64,000 nucleotides of DNA from contig CM075996.1 in the NCBI GenBank assembly GCA_038087875.1, positions 4,218,001-4,282,000 of the forward strand. The letters run 5' to 3'. This DNA is from Malacoraja senta (taxonomy: Eukaryota). A program made the position numbers and the translations under genes. Shown here one piece after another: positions 35,964-49,475 of this stretch (the stretch's first letter is position 1; each line of letters starts with the position of its first letter). The notes below the pieces were generated by a model. It did not search any database and was not told the DNA's origin. It saw nothing but the letters and a program-made list of their open reading frames with translations.

Positions 35964-38900
35964 CTACGTTAGGAAGAGGGATGGGTGAAGAGCAGGCAAG
36001 AGAGTCAGTCATGTTCGCAGGTACTGTTCACAGCTACAGCCAAAGCATCACACTAGCAGAAACAGCAGCCCAAACCCAGGCCTAACTGCTGCTCACATTT
36101 TGGCATCAACACTTCCGATAAGCCTGGTGTTCATGCTCATTTTCCTACACCGAATCGAACTCCCATCTTTTTACAACTCAAATTTCTCTCTTCAGATCCA
36201 ACCCAAGCTGGGAAATACAAAATCCCCAAAAAATGACACAAACTGCTCGAGTAACTCAGTGGATCAGGCAGCATCCCTGGAGAAGGTGGACAGATGGCGG
36301 TTTGGGTCGAGGACCCTTCTTCAGACTGATGAAGACAGATTCTAATTGTGATGGGTAGTTTACAAATGTTTAAGAGAGCAAAAGAGTGGAAATAAAGATT
36401 TTTAAAATCAAAAAGCAAAATGTCCCATGTGTGAGATATGTGTGCAGGGAGTGAGCATTCACCTGGAGGGTTTCGGGCAAAGGCCACCTCACCCTGCAGC
36501 CCTGCGTTGTCCACAGTGCACACTGTTAATATCAAGACCCCTCACTTCAAAACCTCACTAACACACTGCTCCTCACCTGCTGTGCAGTACAGTGTCTCAC
36601 TCCTCACGAAAGGACACAATGTGCTGGAATAACTCAGCGGGTCAGGCAGCATCTCTGGAGAACATGGATAGGTGACGTTTCGGATCATGACCTTTCTTCA
36701 GACAGAAGTGTCTCGACCCGAGACGTCATCTTTCCGTGCTCTCCAGAGATGCTGCCTGACCTGCTGAGGTACTCCAGCACTGTCTCTATTTATGTATTAA
36801 CCAGCACCTGCAGTCCCTTGCTTCTGCCTCTACACGCTTGTTTACACTCAGTAGCAGGCTGAGCCATGCTAATATTTAACCTATTTCTCCACAGTTGAGC
36901 AAAGCCCATGCTTCAGGCAATCAGAGTTCAGTACTCTTCAGCCATTTAGCTATGGCCAGCATGCAACCTTTCATTCTATAGCAACTGACCTTTACTCTAA
37001 TGTATGTATCTAACAGTCACAAATACTGCAGTTAACCTGACTATCAAGGCCTTGTGTTAATCTATTCCATATTCTCTTGGCTAAAACCCATCTAGTTTTC
37101 CCTTATACAAACCTGGCACAGAGAAAATATTATCTAAAGTAAAGTGCTGGAGTAACTCAGCGGGTCAGGTAGCATTTCTGGAGAACATGGATGGGTGACA
37201 TTTCGGGTCGGGACCCTTCTTCGAAACAGTCCGACCCGAAATGTCACCTATCCATGTTCTCCAGAGATCCTGCCTGATCTGCTGAGCTACCCCAGCATTT
37301 TGTGTTTATCAATAATACATTTATTCCTTCGTGATGCACAGGTTACTCAGGCTGTATCATTAGACTAGTTTTATCTAGCTGTGCAAAAAAAAAGCCATAT
37401 TCTCATAATATATAGATCAGATCACCTCTCGATTCCCAGGAATAAAGCTTTTCCCAAGCCCTGTACCCTGGCACCTTCCGAACAAATCCAATTTGAACCA
37501 TCTAATAATCAGGCAATTAACTCTACAATTAGTTGTCCTGACTATCCATCTGTAGGGTTTGTAATGAGATTGCAAGAATGAAAAATCCGTTTGTAAAAAC
37601 TATAGGAATTAATTTAAAAGTCAAAATGGATCATGTTCACACTCATTTTTGTCCCTGCAACGCTGCCTTTTCGAGACTAGACAGTATCGCTGCTGTCCAG
37701 CAGGTGGTAGTGGTGCACCATGAAACACGTTGGCAAAGGGAAGTACATAAACTGCAGGCCCTGCTTTTATGTTGAGGATAGATCGCCTTCATCATATCAC
37801 CGGTCCCTCAAAATCACTGAGAAACTTCACAATGTACAACAGTCTCCACCTCTGCTTAGCCACCCGTGGAAATGTACACAGTCGCCTACGTGAGTGAGGC
37901 AAATGGTGTGGCTTGTGACAGGAGGCAATTTTGACCAGGTGACACTTGGTGATGTGGCACCAAATGGTGGCCACTGTACAACTCACCCAGGTCATGATTT
38001 GATCATTACACTAATGTGTAACTCAACCTCTCCTACTTGGCATTGGACGAGCTGGTTGAGCTGCTGCCTCACAGCGGCAGACCCTGACCTTGGGTGCTGT
38101 CTGTGTGGAGTTTGCATGTCCTCCCTTTGACCACCTGGGTTTCCTCAGGATGCTCCAGTTTCTTCCCACATCCTAAAGACGGGCGGGTTTGTAGGAGTGT
38201 GTGAACGGGTGATCAATGGTTAGAAGATTTTCTGTTACGACAGACAATAAAGTTTTCTGAATCTGAATCAACTTAGTGGGCTGAAGGGCCCATTTCCATG
38301 CTGTATCTCTAACCGAAACTACTCATCTTGGTTCTGTGTTGCTGATCTTCCTTTCCCAACAAAAATCTCATTAGTTCTATAATACTCTTTCAAAAACAAA
38401 AACGGTGGTGAAGAGTGCATAGCACCAGGAATGCATCACCCTGTGTATGAAGTGGTGCCTCCTGACTTAATTCCAGAATAGCCCGATTCTAATTTTGCGC
38501 GACTTCTTTGTTATGGACTTGGTCACAAGTGGAAAGAATTAATTTCGGTGTCTATCCCATCAAACCCCTTAATTAACCTGAAGAATAGTCGATAATCTGT
38601 AACATTCAAGAGAATACATACAGGTTTTGACTCAATATTTTTAGCCTCTGGTATCATTCTTGAATTTGTACTGCCATCTATCCCAGGGAAAATACACTCA
38701 TTAAAGACGACGGCACAGAGATTGTGTGGGCTAAAGGCCACTTGGTCTTCCTTGTTGGAAACATTAAAGCAAACCACTGGATTAAAATACACACAGAGCA
38801 CCGGTTACAAAAATCAATTCTGAATAAACAGCCAGTGGCCAGCTGCAACTGTTGAACTTTGTTATCTGTAGTGGAGGGAGGAGGGGGCTGTCCCTCAACA

Positions 38901-39005
38901 AAAAAAAAACGCACGCAGCCTCAACTTTGCATTTCAAATGACACCTCGCGCTCACGTACGAGAGGAAAGCATCCTGCAACAGACTTAGCAAAATAATCTC
39001 CTTAC

Positions 39006-39083
39006 TTGTTGAGGAGATCGTCAGCGTCAGGCACAGGCAAAGAAGCATCCTCAGAGCCAGCAGTAGGCACAGTCGTGACACCA
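39006..39083 (-). CDS. AP2A1: AP2A1-type hinge exon, 78 nt
   Basis: (CT)n tract, ccccag|T..AA|gtaagg. GVTTVPTAGSEDASLPVPDADDLLN(K) resembles human AP2A1 PGPEDIGPPIPEADELLNK, a segment absent from AP2A2. Confidence 0.85.
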
Positions 39084-39090
39084 CTGGGGT

Positions 39091-39142
<52 letters not shown>

Positions 39143-39473
39143 CAAAAAGGTACAAGGAGAGAGGGGCAGAGAAAGAAATTATTACAGAGAAACAACGTAG
39201 GGGTATAAAACACAATGGTGTTAATAAGCATCGGATTGCTTTGCAAACACTTAAACTAACATTATTAAAGGTAAAGAGGTTTAATATTTTTAATTGAAGA
39301 GGCAGAATGTTAATAGTACTCGGAGAAGGGAGCATGCACAAGTTTCAAACCATCAAAAAGAAAAGTCCATGCTGGACCACATTTAATCATGTTACTCAGG
39401 ATAATGGCACACAGGTTTGGCTTCTCTCCTAACAGAGTATTTTCCTAACGTTGCTGATTCTTCCTGCTCCTAA

Positions 39474-40182
39474 AGGGCCTGTCCCACTTACGCCACCTTT
39501 TCGGCGACTGCTGGCACGCGTCATAGGTCGCCAAAAATTTTCAACATGTCGAAAATTCAACAGAGACCAGAAAGATGCTACGACTCCTTATTACAAACAT
39601 AGGGTGCAACAAAATGTTGATAATAAATGGTTTCAGGACCTGGCGAGGGGTGAGTAAAGATATGAAGTAGGAGCATCCCTTTCATATTGTCCTATCTTAT
39701 CTTATTTTTTATTTTTCCTCCTTTTGGTTTTTCTCTTTTTTTAAAAATAAACTATTTCTTGTGGTTTAGGTCCATATGGGTGTTCCTGGACCACTCTTTC
39801 AATCACTCACTTACTATCTTTACTAACTCTTTCTATCCTTTTCTCTTATTAAAGTTTAAAATAAGAATTGGTACAAGAAAAGTATAAACTTACGTTATTG
39901 GAGATTATTGTAATGTACAATACTTCTAATAAAATAAAATTTAAAAAAAGAAAGATGCTACGACTCTTTGGGTGACTAGGAGACCTCTCACGACCATACA
40001 GGCGACCCCCTGACGACATGCCCCCAGGGGTCACCTGTTTGGACGTGAGAGGTCTCCTAGTCACCCAAAGAGTCGTAGCATCTTTCTGGTCGCTGCTGAA
40101 TTTTCAACATGTTGAAAATTTTCGGCAACCCATGATGGGTGCCGGCGGTTGGCGAAAAGGTCGCGTAAGTGGGACAGGCCCT
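39474..40182. mobile_element. Foldback (palindromic) Harbinger-type MITE interrupted by a 5'-truncated LINE
   Basis: TIR AGGGCCTGTCCCACTTACGC, TAA TSD, arms inverted almost to the centre. Insert 39587-39948 has an A-rich tail and an 18-bp TSD AGAAAGATGCTACGACTC. Confidence 0.85.
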
Positions 40183-40620
40183 TAAATCACACCTGCCTCT
40201 GCTATCTCACCCAACACTTTGGCGCGGTAAGGTGGTGCAGCGGTAGAGTTGCTGCCTTACAGCACCAGGGACCCGGGTTTGATCTTGACTACAGGTGCTG
40301 TCTGTACGGAGTCTGTACGTTCTCCGCGTTTGTTTTCTCTGGCTGCTCCGGTTTCCTCCCACATTCACATTCCAAAGACGTACAGGCTTGCAGGTTAATT
40401 TGGCTTTGTTAAAAACTGTACATTGTCCCTAGTGTGTAGGATTGTGCTGGTGAATGGGGGTCTCTGGTCGGTGGGGCTCGGTGGGACGAAGGGCCTGTTT
40501 CCACGTTGCATCTCTAAACCAAACCAAACTTTGACCTCAAGAAGCATCATGAACAAGCTCTTGGTACACAGACACACAGGTCAATGGGACGTGGTTAGAA
40601 ACAGTATACCGGGCTGGTTT

Positions 40621-40946
40621 GGGCAGTCATGGTGGTGCAGCGGTAGAGTTGCCTTACAGCGAATGCAGCGCCAGAGATCCGGGTTCGATCCTGATTACGG
40701 ATGCTGTCTGTACAGAGTTTGTATGTTCTCCCCGTGACCTGCGTGGGTTTTCTCCGAGATCTTCGGTTTCCTCCCACGTTTTGAAAGACGTACAGGTTTG
40801 TAGGTTAATTGGCTTGGTAAATGTAAAAATTGTCCCTAGTGGGTGTAGGATAGTGTTAGTGTGCGGGGATCGCTGGTCGGCGCGGACCCGATGGGCCGAA
40901 GGGCCTGTTTCCGTGCTGCATCTTTAAACTAAAATAAAATAACTAA
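40621..40946 (+). mobile_element. HE1-like tRNA-derived V-SINE (representative; others at ~2150-2435-, 2849-3387+, 3430-3700-, 4898-5206-, 13223-13525-, 16838-17130+, 18553-18760-, 35150-35440+, 40222-40530+, 42695-43047+, 47072-47367+, 48465-48742+, 52625-52903-)
   Basis: A box TGGTGCAGCGG, B box GGTTCGATCC, V-domain GCTGTCTGTAC.GAGTTTGTA.GTTCTCCCCGTGAC..GGTTTCCTCCCAC, (AACTA)n tail. Confidence 0.85.
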
Positions 40947-41806
40947 AAGCTCACGGGCCTAGACGTGTACCAGAATCAGGCTGCAACTTTCATAACATCA
41001 TTTATGACATGAAGATATCTGGTGACATGCTGAGACACGGAGTCATTCCACCAAAGACTAGCCTAGACAATACAATGGAGTGCAGCTTCATTTAGTGGTT
41101 TGAACAACAGCCAACATTTCTCACTTTTATTGCTGTTTATTTCCCCCACTTCATTTAGGAATAACAAATTAAATGCTTGGTACAAACCAAGATAAGATTC
41201 AAAATGCTGGAGTAACTGGGTCAGGCAGCATCTCTGGAGAAAAGGGAATAGGTGGGGTTTTGGGTCGAGACCCTTCTTCAGCGTCAAGGGAGAGGGAAAC
41301 TAAAGGTATGAAAAGGTACAGAACAAATCAGAGCCATCACCGATGACTCGGGAAAGGTGGAGCCCACAATGGTCCATTGTTTGCTGTGGAAGAGGTGGTA
41401 ACGAAGGGTAACGAATAGTGAAATTAGCCAAGACGACTAGGGTGGGGGAGGGACAGAGAGAGAGGGAGCGCAAGGGTTACTTGAAATTAGAGAAACCAAT
41501 GTTGATTTCTCCTGCTGAGTTACTCCAGCATTTTGCACCCATCTTTGGTGTAAACCAGCATCTGCAGTTCCTTCCTACACATTTTGGTTACAACCTAAAT
41601 CTCCTTGGGATTGAGTAAGCTGTCAGCGTGGTTATGAACTGGGAAATGCATGTGTCAATGGCCCCATGGAATTACAACCAACCAGATGCATCAGTACATT
41701 CTGCGTGGGACTCGCTCGCTCAGTGCAAGCCAAGCCATTCCTTGGCCAACTTTGGAGAGAAGGACAAGGAAGTAGCAAGGAAGTTGGAAGTACATGCTTC
41801 CATCCA

Positions 41807-42015
41807 GAGTAGACAAAATGCTGGAGTTACTCAGCAGGTGAGGCAGCATCTCTGGAGAGAAGGAATGGGTGACGTTTTGGGTCGAGTCTGAAGAAGGGTC
41901 TCGACCCGAAACGTCGCCCATTCCTTCTCTCCAGAGATGCTGCCTCGCCCGCTGAGTTACTCCAGCATTTTGTGTCTACCTTTGATTTAAACCAGCATCT
42001 GCAGTTCTTTCTTAC
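41807..42015. mobile_element. Head-to-head Penelope-derived short element (representative of many copies, e.g. 3028-3238, 6032-6224, 13580-13775, 15877-16123, 30706-30897, 53064-53244)
   Basis: Inverted arms GTAGACAAAATGCTGGAG../..CTCCAGCATTTTGTGTCTAC. 15-bp TSD ACATGCTTCCATCCA (41792-41806 / 42016-42030). Confidence 0.75.
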
Positions 42016-44133
42016 ACATGCTTCCATCCAAATATATGGCACACCTTATGACTGCCAACCATAGGCAGGGTTGGTGGTAGTCTTCAACAAGAGATGCAAC
42101 GACAGATGAGAAAATAAGCCAATGGCCTGGAAATAGCTCATAATAATTGAGTTACAGAATCCAATTCTAGTGTCAAGATTTACCGGATATCAAGATGTGC
42201 TGTGTTACAAAACAAATACAATCACGACAATCTAATCAAAAGCCAATTAATGGGCATGGAATTCCAAGATCTCTGCAGCAAAAAAAAATGAAAGAAAATG
42301 AAAAGCTCAACGTGGGGGGCAAGTGATTTGGACTGAGCTTCAACAGATTTGACTCCTTGCTCAATTACTGGTTGTGGTATGAGACTCGGGCGAACGGAAT
42401 ATGTCCGTTCTGCGGACGATAAATCACTTGCCCGAAACCGGAGCTCATTTTCATTCAAACAAAAGCAACAGGTAACATTCGCCAAACTGAAAATAAGAAA
42501 CGGAGAAAGATTCAAACTAGCTACTCATCAGCGCATTTCATTCCACTTAAAGATGGTTCAGATTAAATTCTCCCCATGCAGAGCCACGGAGGACGGAGAC
42601 ACGAGAGACTGCAGATGCGGGAATCTGCAGCAACAAGCAATCTGCTGGAGCATTCGAGCAGCGCCCATGGATGGAAAGGAACAGCTGACATTTAGGCCGG
42701 CACAGCTGGTAGACGCTGCCTCACAGTGCAGAGACCCAGGTTCGATCCTGACCTTGGGAGACGTCTGTACGGCATTTGCACGTTCTCCATGTGACGGAGT
42801 GGGTTTCCTCCTACATCTCAAACGATGTCAGAATCAGAATCAGAATCACACTTTATTCGTCAAGTATGTTTTGCAACATACGAGGAATTTGTGGGTGTGG
42901 ATTTATCGGTTAATTGGACTCTGGAAATTGCTCCCAGCGAGTCGGGAGTGGATGCAAAAGTGGGATAACATAGAATCAGGGTGAACGGATGATCGACGGT
43001 TGACTTGGGCTGAAGAGTCGGTTTCCATGCTCCATCTCCAAACTAAGCCTTATATCATTGCCTGAATCAACCAGAAACGTCGACCATTCTTCACCATCCA
43101 CTGATATTGCTCAACCCGCTAAGATCCTCCAGCAGATGGTTTGTTAAGCCATAGAAAAGTTGGCTTCACTCACGCCACTTCAAATCTGCGTTCAGATTGA
43201 AGCGTGGACATAGAACATGTCAAGCAAAGAGCATTCCCAAGTCAATGCACACAAGCCTATACGTGCCGAATGCAACCAGGACCACATCAATCCATGAATT
43301 CAGCACATCTCCTTATTTCACATTACACATCTACTTCCGATTTAGACACTGGCTTCTTGAGTCACATTGCACAATATAAACCACAAGGTTATTTTTCATT
43401 AATTCACCACCATTTATTGGTCATCCCTAATGATCCCTGATTTTCTTTTTTTGTGTCTTTGGAAAGAATTCTGTCCTTAATTTGTGTATTGGTCTTTCTA
43501 ATTTATTTTATTCCGATTATATGTTTCCTATTTGTCAATCTCTGTAAGGTGTCCTTGAGACCTCGGTATAAGGCGCCCGTAAATAAAAGCCATTATTATT
43601 ATTATTATAGTGCAGTAGCTTGTTAGACACTCTGGGGGCAGTTATGAAAGAAGACTTTGCTGTGAGCTTGAGATCATACAGGCAAGGACAGCAATATATT
43701 TCCCTGAAGGGCATTAGTGAACAAGGTTGCAGCCTGGTACAATAAAACTCTGAAGGTCCACCCACCAATGGTTTGGAAGTCCTGTGGGTTCAGTATCTGG
43801 CTCGCTCATTAATCCAGATCGTGAACCAGGGATCCAGAGAGATAGTGGAGTGTGCGGCCGGAGCAGAGGGTCCAAAGAGTGGCCGGGGCCGAGTGCGGAC
43901 TACGGACCAGGAGTTGGGATCCGGAAAAGCATGCACTGGGAACAGGGGTTGGTTTGAGATACGGCGCGCTTGTCCGTTTACTCGCTCTCGTTACATTTGC
44001 TGGTGAACCCCATTAGTTTATCAAGTAACATCCCAAACAAAAAGAGCAAATTAAAAAAGTGTTTGGGAATTAACAGGAGTGACATACAGTAGGCCAGGGA
44101 GTCCGCTAATCTAACCTACCAAAGTCCTGAGGA

Positions 44134-44207
44134 TTATCGGAGTTTTACTTAACCATTATCGGAGTTTTAATTTAACCATTATCGGAGTTATACTTAACCA
44201 TTATCGA
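44134..44207 (+). repeat. Minisatellite, 3 x 22-23 bp
   Basis: TTATCGGAGTTTTACTTAACCA units with small variants. Confidence 0.85.
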
Positions 44208-44804
44208 TAGTAAATAAACCTGGAACCCAAAAAAATAATTTTGTTGAACTTAAATTCTCAAGCTCTTAAATTCGCAAAACCGAATTCATGTCACCCGAAT
44301 AATGTTAGGTTTTATAGACCTGTTTAAACTACCATATCAAACACAAACCCAGAAGTGAGCCCAGCCTGTACAATTGTCGGCAGATTACTTGTCCGCTCAT
44401 TAGTAAACCTCATGTGGTTTTAGTTACTGGACCCTTTAGATCGTCACTACATGCAACTAAATCAAAAGGAATATATTAACATCTTCCCGTGAGATGCCTT
44501 TGCCTGCAATCACGATGAAAGCTTTGAACTGAAAAACAAAAATACTTCAAAACGTCAGTACGACTTTGCAGGCAGCTAACATGTTTTAGTAATTAGAGGC
44601 TCTGGACAAGAGCAGTTTCAAAATCCCTCCCGGCCAAAATAAAGAGCAGAATGCCACGCGTTTTATGTACTTGGGAGTCATTTTGGACCCTGGACTGGTT
44701 CAAAGTAGGGACGGTGGTGGCGGGGGTGAGGTGGGGCGGGGAGAAGGAAGGAAGGAAGATGGGATGGGAACAGTCCAGCTTTATCTCAGCAGTCGATGGC
44801 TTAC

Positions 44805-44867
44805 TCTGGACCCAGGGCTGCATCCACCAACAACGAGGTAGGGCTCTCACTCGGCAGATCCAAGCTT
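44805..44867 (-). CDS. AP2A1: Putative AP2A1 alternative hinge exon (60, 63 or 66 nt depending on the acceptor used)
   Basis: Long CT tract, tandem acceptors gag/cag/aag and donor gtaagc; phase 2-2. SLDLPSESPTSLLVDAALGP(D) resembles the human insert [22 protein letters not shown]. Confidence 0.7.
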
Positions 44868-45819
44868 CTGCTCCATCCCAAAAGCAGAGGCAAGCGTGCA
44901 GAGGAAGAGAGAGAGAAAAAAAGAGAGACCAAAATCACAATACAACCGTTCCACATAACCACTCCAAAACATCCCGCAAGGTTTCTCCGTAAAATCTATG
45001 GATTTAAAAATGAGCATTAGATGACATTTTGTAGACAGACACAGATGTCTGTGCTGGGAAAGGTGATATTTGCTCGCTTAACATTAGGCACTGCTTGGAC
45101 TAAACCTAGAACAAAGCTCATGTGTGACACCATCCCATTCTCAGGGAGCAGAGAGCTTTTTGTACCAGTTCACATCAACCACGATCAAGTTTTAACTTGA
45201 TAATCATGGTTATTAGCACAGAATCATAGCCGTGGACAAAGGAACCAGGCAGAAGCCGACTACACCTATTCACTACTAAACGAGAGATGATATCATTCAT
45301 ATTTGGTCTGGGCTAAAGTTGAGCACTGTTCCTGAAGGTAAAAGGAATTCTGGTATCCTTTCCACAAACCTCAATTTCAAAGATATGCTTTGCAACTGTG
45401 CACTTAAAGAGAAAGAAAAATACATTGGTAAGACCTGCTCACATATTAGACAAATAATTTACCAACCACAACCAGAGAGCAGTGCCCAGTGCTATCTACC
45501 TCCATGATGACCCTCAGACTATCCTTGACCTGACATTGCTAGCTTCACCTTGCACTAAACGTTATTCCCTGTTATTAGCTGTACACTGTAAATGACACGA
45601 TTGTAATCATGTATTGGCTTTCTGCTGACCGGACAGCACGCAACAGAAGCTTTTCACTGTACCTCGGTACACGTGACAAGAAACTAAATAAACCAATTAT
45701 TGATGTCAGAGATTGGTAACTCAAAAACAGGATTTGACATCTTTTGGACCAAAGTTTAGATCCAATGCAGATTGCCAACACAGGGTCCAAGGCAGAGTAG
45801 AACTGGTGCATTTTGCTGC

Positions 45820-46091
45820 ATCATCATCATCATCATCATCATCGTTGAAAACATCAACGGGCATGGTGCCTTACAATGCCATGTGATCGCAACTCCTACT
45901 GAAGTGTGGATGGCCGTTGGCTCGCTAGAAGCTCACCCGCCCTTTGACAGGTCTTGTTTTCGGTCCTGCTGGGGGTCCACAGCCCCCTCCTCACCTGGCA
46001 AACCAGGTGGGTGAGACGGTTTAGTCGCCGACTATCCGACCATGGAGCAGGTAGCACGGGATTACATGGTACCCATGGCGGGGGGGGGGGA
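45820..46091 (-). mobile_element. Short retroposon-like element with a (GAT)n tail, possibly RTE-derived
   Basis: Begins with poly-C, has a GC-rich body and ends in (GAT)7. No coding capacity; no clear TSD found. Confidence 0.4.
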
Positions 46092-48858
46092 GACTCCCCC
46101 TGACCTAAACTATTTCTTATTTGCACTGCCTTTGTCAACTCCAGAAGCAAGAGTGATGTGAAGAGGAAAAACCATGTTGCCTCGCCTTGCAATGTGACCA
46201 CAAGCCTCTGAATAATTATTGGAACCATCTCAAAAGACTTCAAAAAGTAAAATTATGTTGCTGTTATTACAGGACTTAAGACGGGAGCTCATGTGGTGAA
46301 CTCCAGAGCCACATAAAGCATTAACAAACTGACCCTGCCAGAGGAGTTTAACATTTTAAACTGTGCTGCACACCCTCAATACTAGTACTGCACTGACTAT
46401 TGACTCCATTTATACCTCACGCTGCCTCGGCGAGGGCAGCAGCATAATCAAGGACCAGTCGCACCCTGGCCACTCCCTCTTCTCACCTCTCCCATCGGGC
46501 AAAAGGAAAAAAAAATGATAACGACCAGATTCAGGGAGTTTCTTCCCAGTTGTTGTCAGGCAACTGATTTGGCGACTCTCGAACTATCTTTGATCGGACT
46601 TTGCTGGCTTCACCTTGCACTAAACGTTATTCCCTTATTATGTATCTATACACTGTAAATGGATCGATTGTAATCACGTTTTGTCTTTCTGCTGACTGGT
46701 TAGCACGCAACAAAAGCTTTTCCCTGTACCTCGGTACACGTGACAATAAACTAATCTAAACATTTAGATTGCTCGTTCAAATCCTGGAGTGGAACACAAA
46801 TACTAAACCTTCTGTTGCGGAGACGAAATTGCGTTAGTCCTACCTAAGCAAACACTTGACATTAGCTAACACGTATGTAGTAGCAAGTGGTGCCAGGAGC
46901 AACACGAGGTGCCTGGATAAGACTACAGACTTAAGCTGCAGCATCTTAATTTGGGATTGGGTGAAGGGCTCAGCTCCCCTATTCCGTATTGCACACAAAC
47001 TCAAATCCCGGGAGTGCAGTGTTTCTTTGAGTTTATTATTTGAAGCCAGTTACGCCATGTTCAGGAACAGTTGGCAGTCATGGTGGCGCAGCGGTAGAGT
47101 TGCTGCCTTACAGCGAATGCCGCGCCGGAGACACGGGTTCAATCCCGATTACGGGTGCTGTCTGTATGGAGTTTGTACGTTCTCCCCGTGACCTGCGAGG
47201 GTTTTCTCCGAGATCTTTGATTTCCTCCCCCATTCCAAAGACGTACAGGTTTGTAGGTTAATTGGCTTGGTAAATGTAAAAATTGTCCCTAGTGGGTGTA
47301 GGATAGTGTTAATGTGCAGGGATCGCTGGTCGGCGCGGACCCGGTGGGCCGAAGGGCCTGTTTCCATGCACCCTCAGATGTGCTTTATATAGAAACTAAA
47401 CCCAAAATATTTTCTGAAGCACATGGTCAGCTGTCTCCTTACCTCTGCTTCGTCATAACTTAGCTGGGTATTGTGAAAATCTCTAATGTACAAGAACTTC
47501 AGAATGACTGGGAACTGTCAAGATATCACAGCAGTGAAATAAAGAAGGAAATCTGAGCCAAGGATTCTCAGTGGAGTGTACATAAATGAATGCTTTGAAA
47601 AAACATCTCACACAAGCGTTATGAATCATAATATATTTACTCTGATTGAGGAATTCTGGTTGCATCATGGCCTGGTGTGGAAATTCCAACACAAAGCCAT
47701 GCGCTGGGTTTGCAGAAAGTGCTAGTCTCGTGCCAGTCTATCACTGGCACAGCCCTACCCACCTATAGCATCTACACAAGGCACTGCCTCAAAGCAGCGG
47801 TATCTACCATCAAGGAACCAACCCCACCATCCGGGCCCTGCCCTCTTGTTGCCACCATCGGGCAGGAGGTACAGAAGCCTCAAGTTCCACATCACCAGAT
47901 TCAGGAACAGCTACTTTCCGAAAACCATCTGGTTCACAAGTTCTAAGAGTAGAATTAGGCCATTCGGCCCATCGAGTCCATCATGGCTGATCTCGGCCTC
48001 CTAATCCCATTTTCCTTCCTTCTCCCCATAACCCTTGACACCCATTCAAATCAAGAATTTGTCTATCTCTGCCTTATAAATATCCACTGACTTGGCCTCC
48101 GCAGCCCATGTGTGGCAATGAGTTCCACAGATTAACTGCCCTCTGACTCAAGAAGGTTCTTGAACCAATTCATGCAATCCTAATCCTACTTCAACAATGT
48201 AACACTAAAGATTCCCTCTTTCACTACCATCGACTTTTGTTTTCCAATTGTCTGTGGACTAATGTCTTGTCTTTTGCAAAGACTTTTTTTCCCCATTTCT
48301 TTTTCACCTGCAGAATTTATGCATAATTGGTGTTTTTGTGTGACTGTCGGAGTTCTGCACCTGTGAAGCTGCTGCAAGCAAGACTTTTATTGAGCTTGTG
48401 CATACGACAGTAAACCAGACTTGGTTTGGAGGCTTCCATTGGCTTTGGAGTGATGCACATTTGGAGTGGCACAGTAGCGCCGCTGGTAGAGCCGCTGCCT
48501 CACAGCTCCAGAGACCCGGGTTCGATCCCGACCTCGGGTGCAGTCAGTATGAGGTTTGCACGTTCTCCCTATAACCGCACAGTTTCTTCCCAGTGCTCCG
48601 GTGTCCTCCCACAACCCAAAGACGTACTGATTTGTGCCCCTCGTGCTTCGGGAGCGAATGCGAAAAGTGGGACGACATGGAACACGGAATGATCGATGGT
48701 CAGCGTGGACTCGGTGGGCAGAAGGGCCAGTTTCCATGCGGTATCGTTCAATCGTCAAAGCAATGAATTTTGTACTGGCCGGATTGAAATTAAATGGCAC
48801 CGGAGTGGCAAACCCCCTCCTCAACTAACAAGAGACGGACTGCATCCTCTGCACTTAC

Positions 48859-48998
48859 CGGGAGAAATTGTCCTCAGCTCCTGGTGCCAGAGCCCCTGTG
48901 GCGGGCACAGCATCGGAAAACACATCAACCAGCAGGCTGCCCCCACTGGCCGGGGCACTCTTCAGGCCCAGCAGGTCGGCAGAAGGTGAGGGTGTGGA
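48859..48998 (-). CDS. AP2A1: AP2A1 hinge exon, 140 nt
   Basis: [46 protein letters not shown](R); cag/gtaagt borders. Confidence 0.92.
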
Positions 48999-49355
48999 CT
49001 GCATGAAACAAGAGAATCAATGATAGATTAGCCAGAAACCACAGCATCAACTCACAGTTCATTAATACAGCCCAACATTAAATAGTAGGACCAGCTGTTT
49101 CTCTTCACCTACAACAACAGGCCTAGATAGCCTGTGCTTTAAAAGCAGTTAAATTAAATCTGTGCAAACACTGCTTCAATGAGCGACTGGTTACCTCATT
49201 GGAAAGGATTTACTGGAATAAGTTGCTATTTTTTACAAATCAGGTAGTTCACTTACAAAAACAAACTATTTAGTGTGCCTGCAAGTTGGGGCTATGCATG
49301 AGTGGATAGGGCGGGGATGGGGTAAAAGGAGCGAATGAATAATATTAACATAATA

Positions 49356-49357
<2 letters not shown>

Positions 49358-49403
<46 letters not shown>

Positions 49404-49419
49404 TGTCTGTCTGTCTGTC

Positions 49420-49472
<53 letters not shown>
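49358..49472. repeat. Compound (GT)n/(GTCT)n microsatellite
   Basis: Directly visible. Confidence 0.95.

Positions 49473-49475
<3 letters not shown>

Noticed and set aside
42349..42984. 211-aa ORF
   Set aside because: It reads through Penelope and SINE fragments antisense to an AP2A1 intron, with no protein motif.
44134..44207. Short direct repeats as a possible CRISPR array
   Set aside because: Units are contiguous with no unique spacers, there are no cas genes, and the context is a vertebrate intron.
45975..46080. Twister or HDV ribozyme in the (GAT)n-tailed element
   Set aside because: It has partial resemblance (UAA..GAGGAGGG), but I could not build the required pseudoknots.
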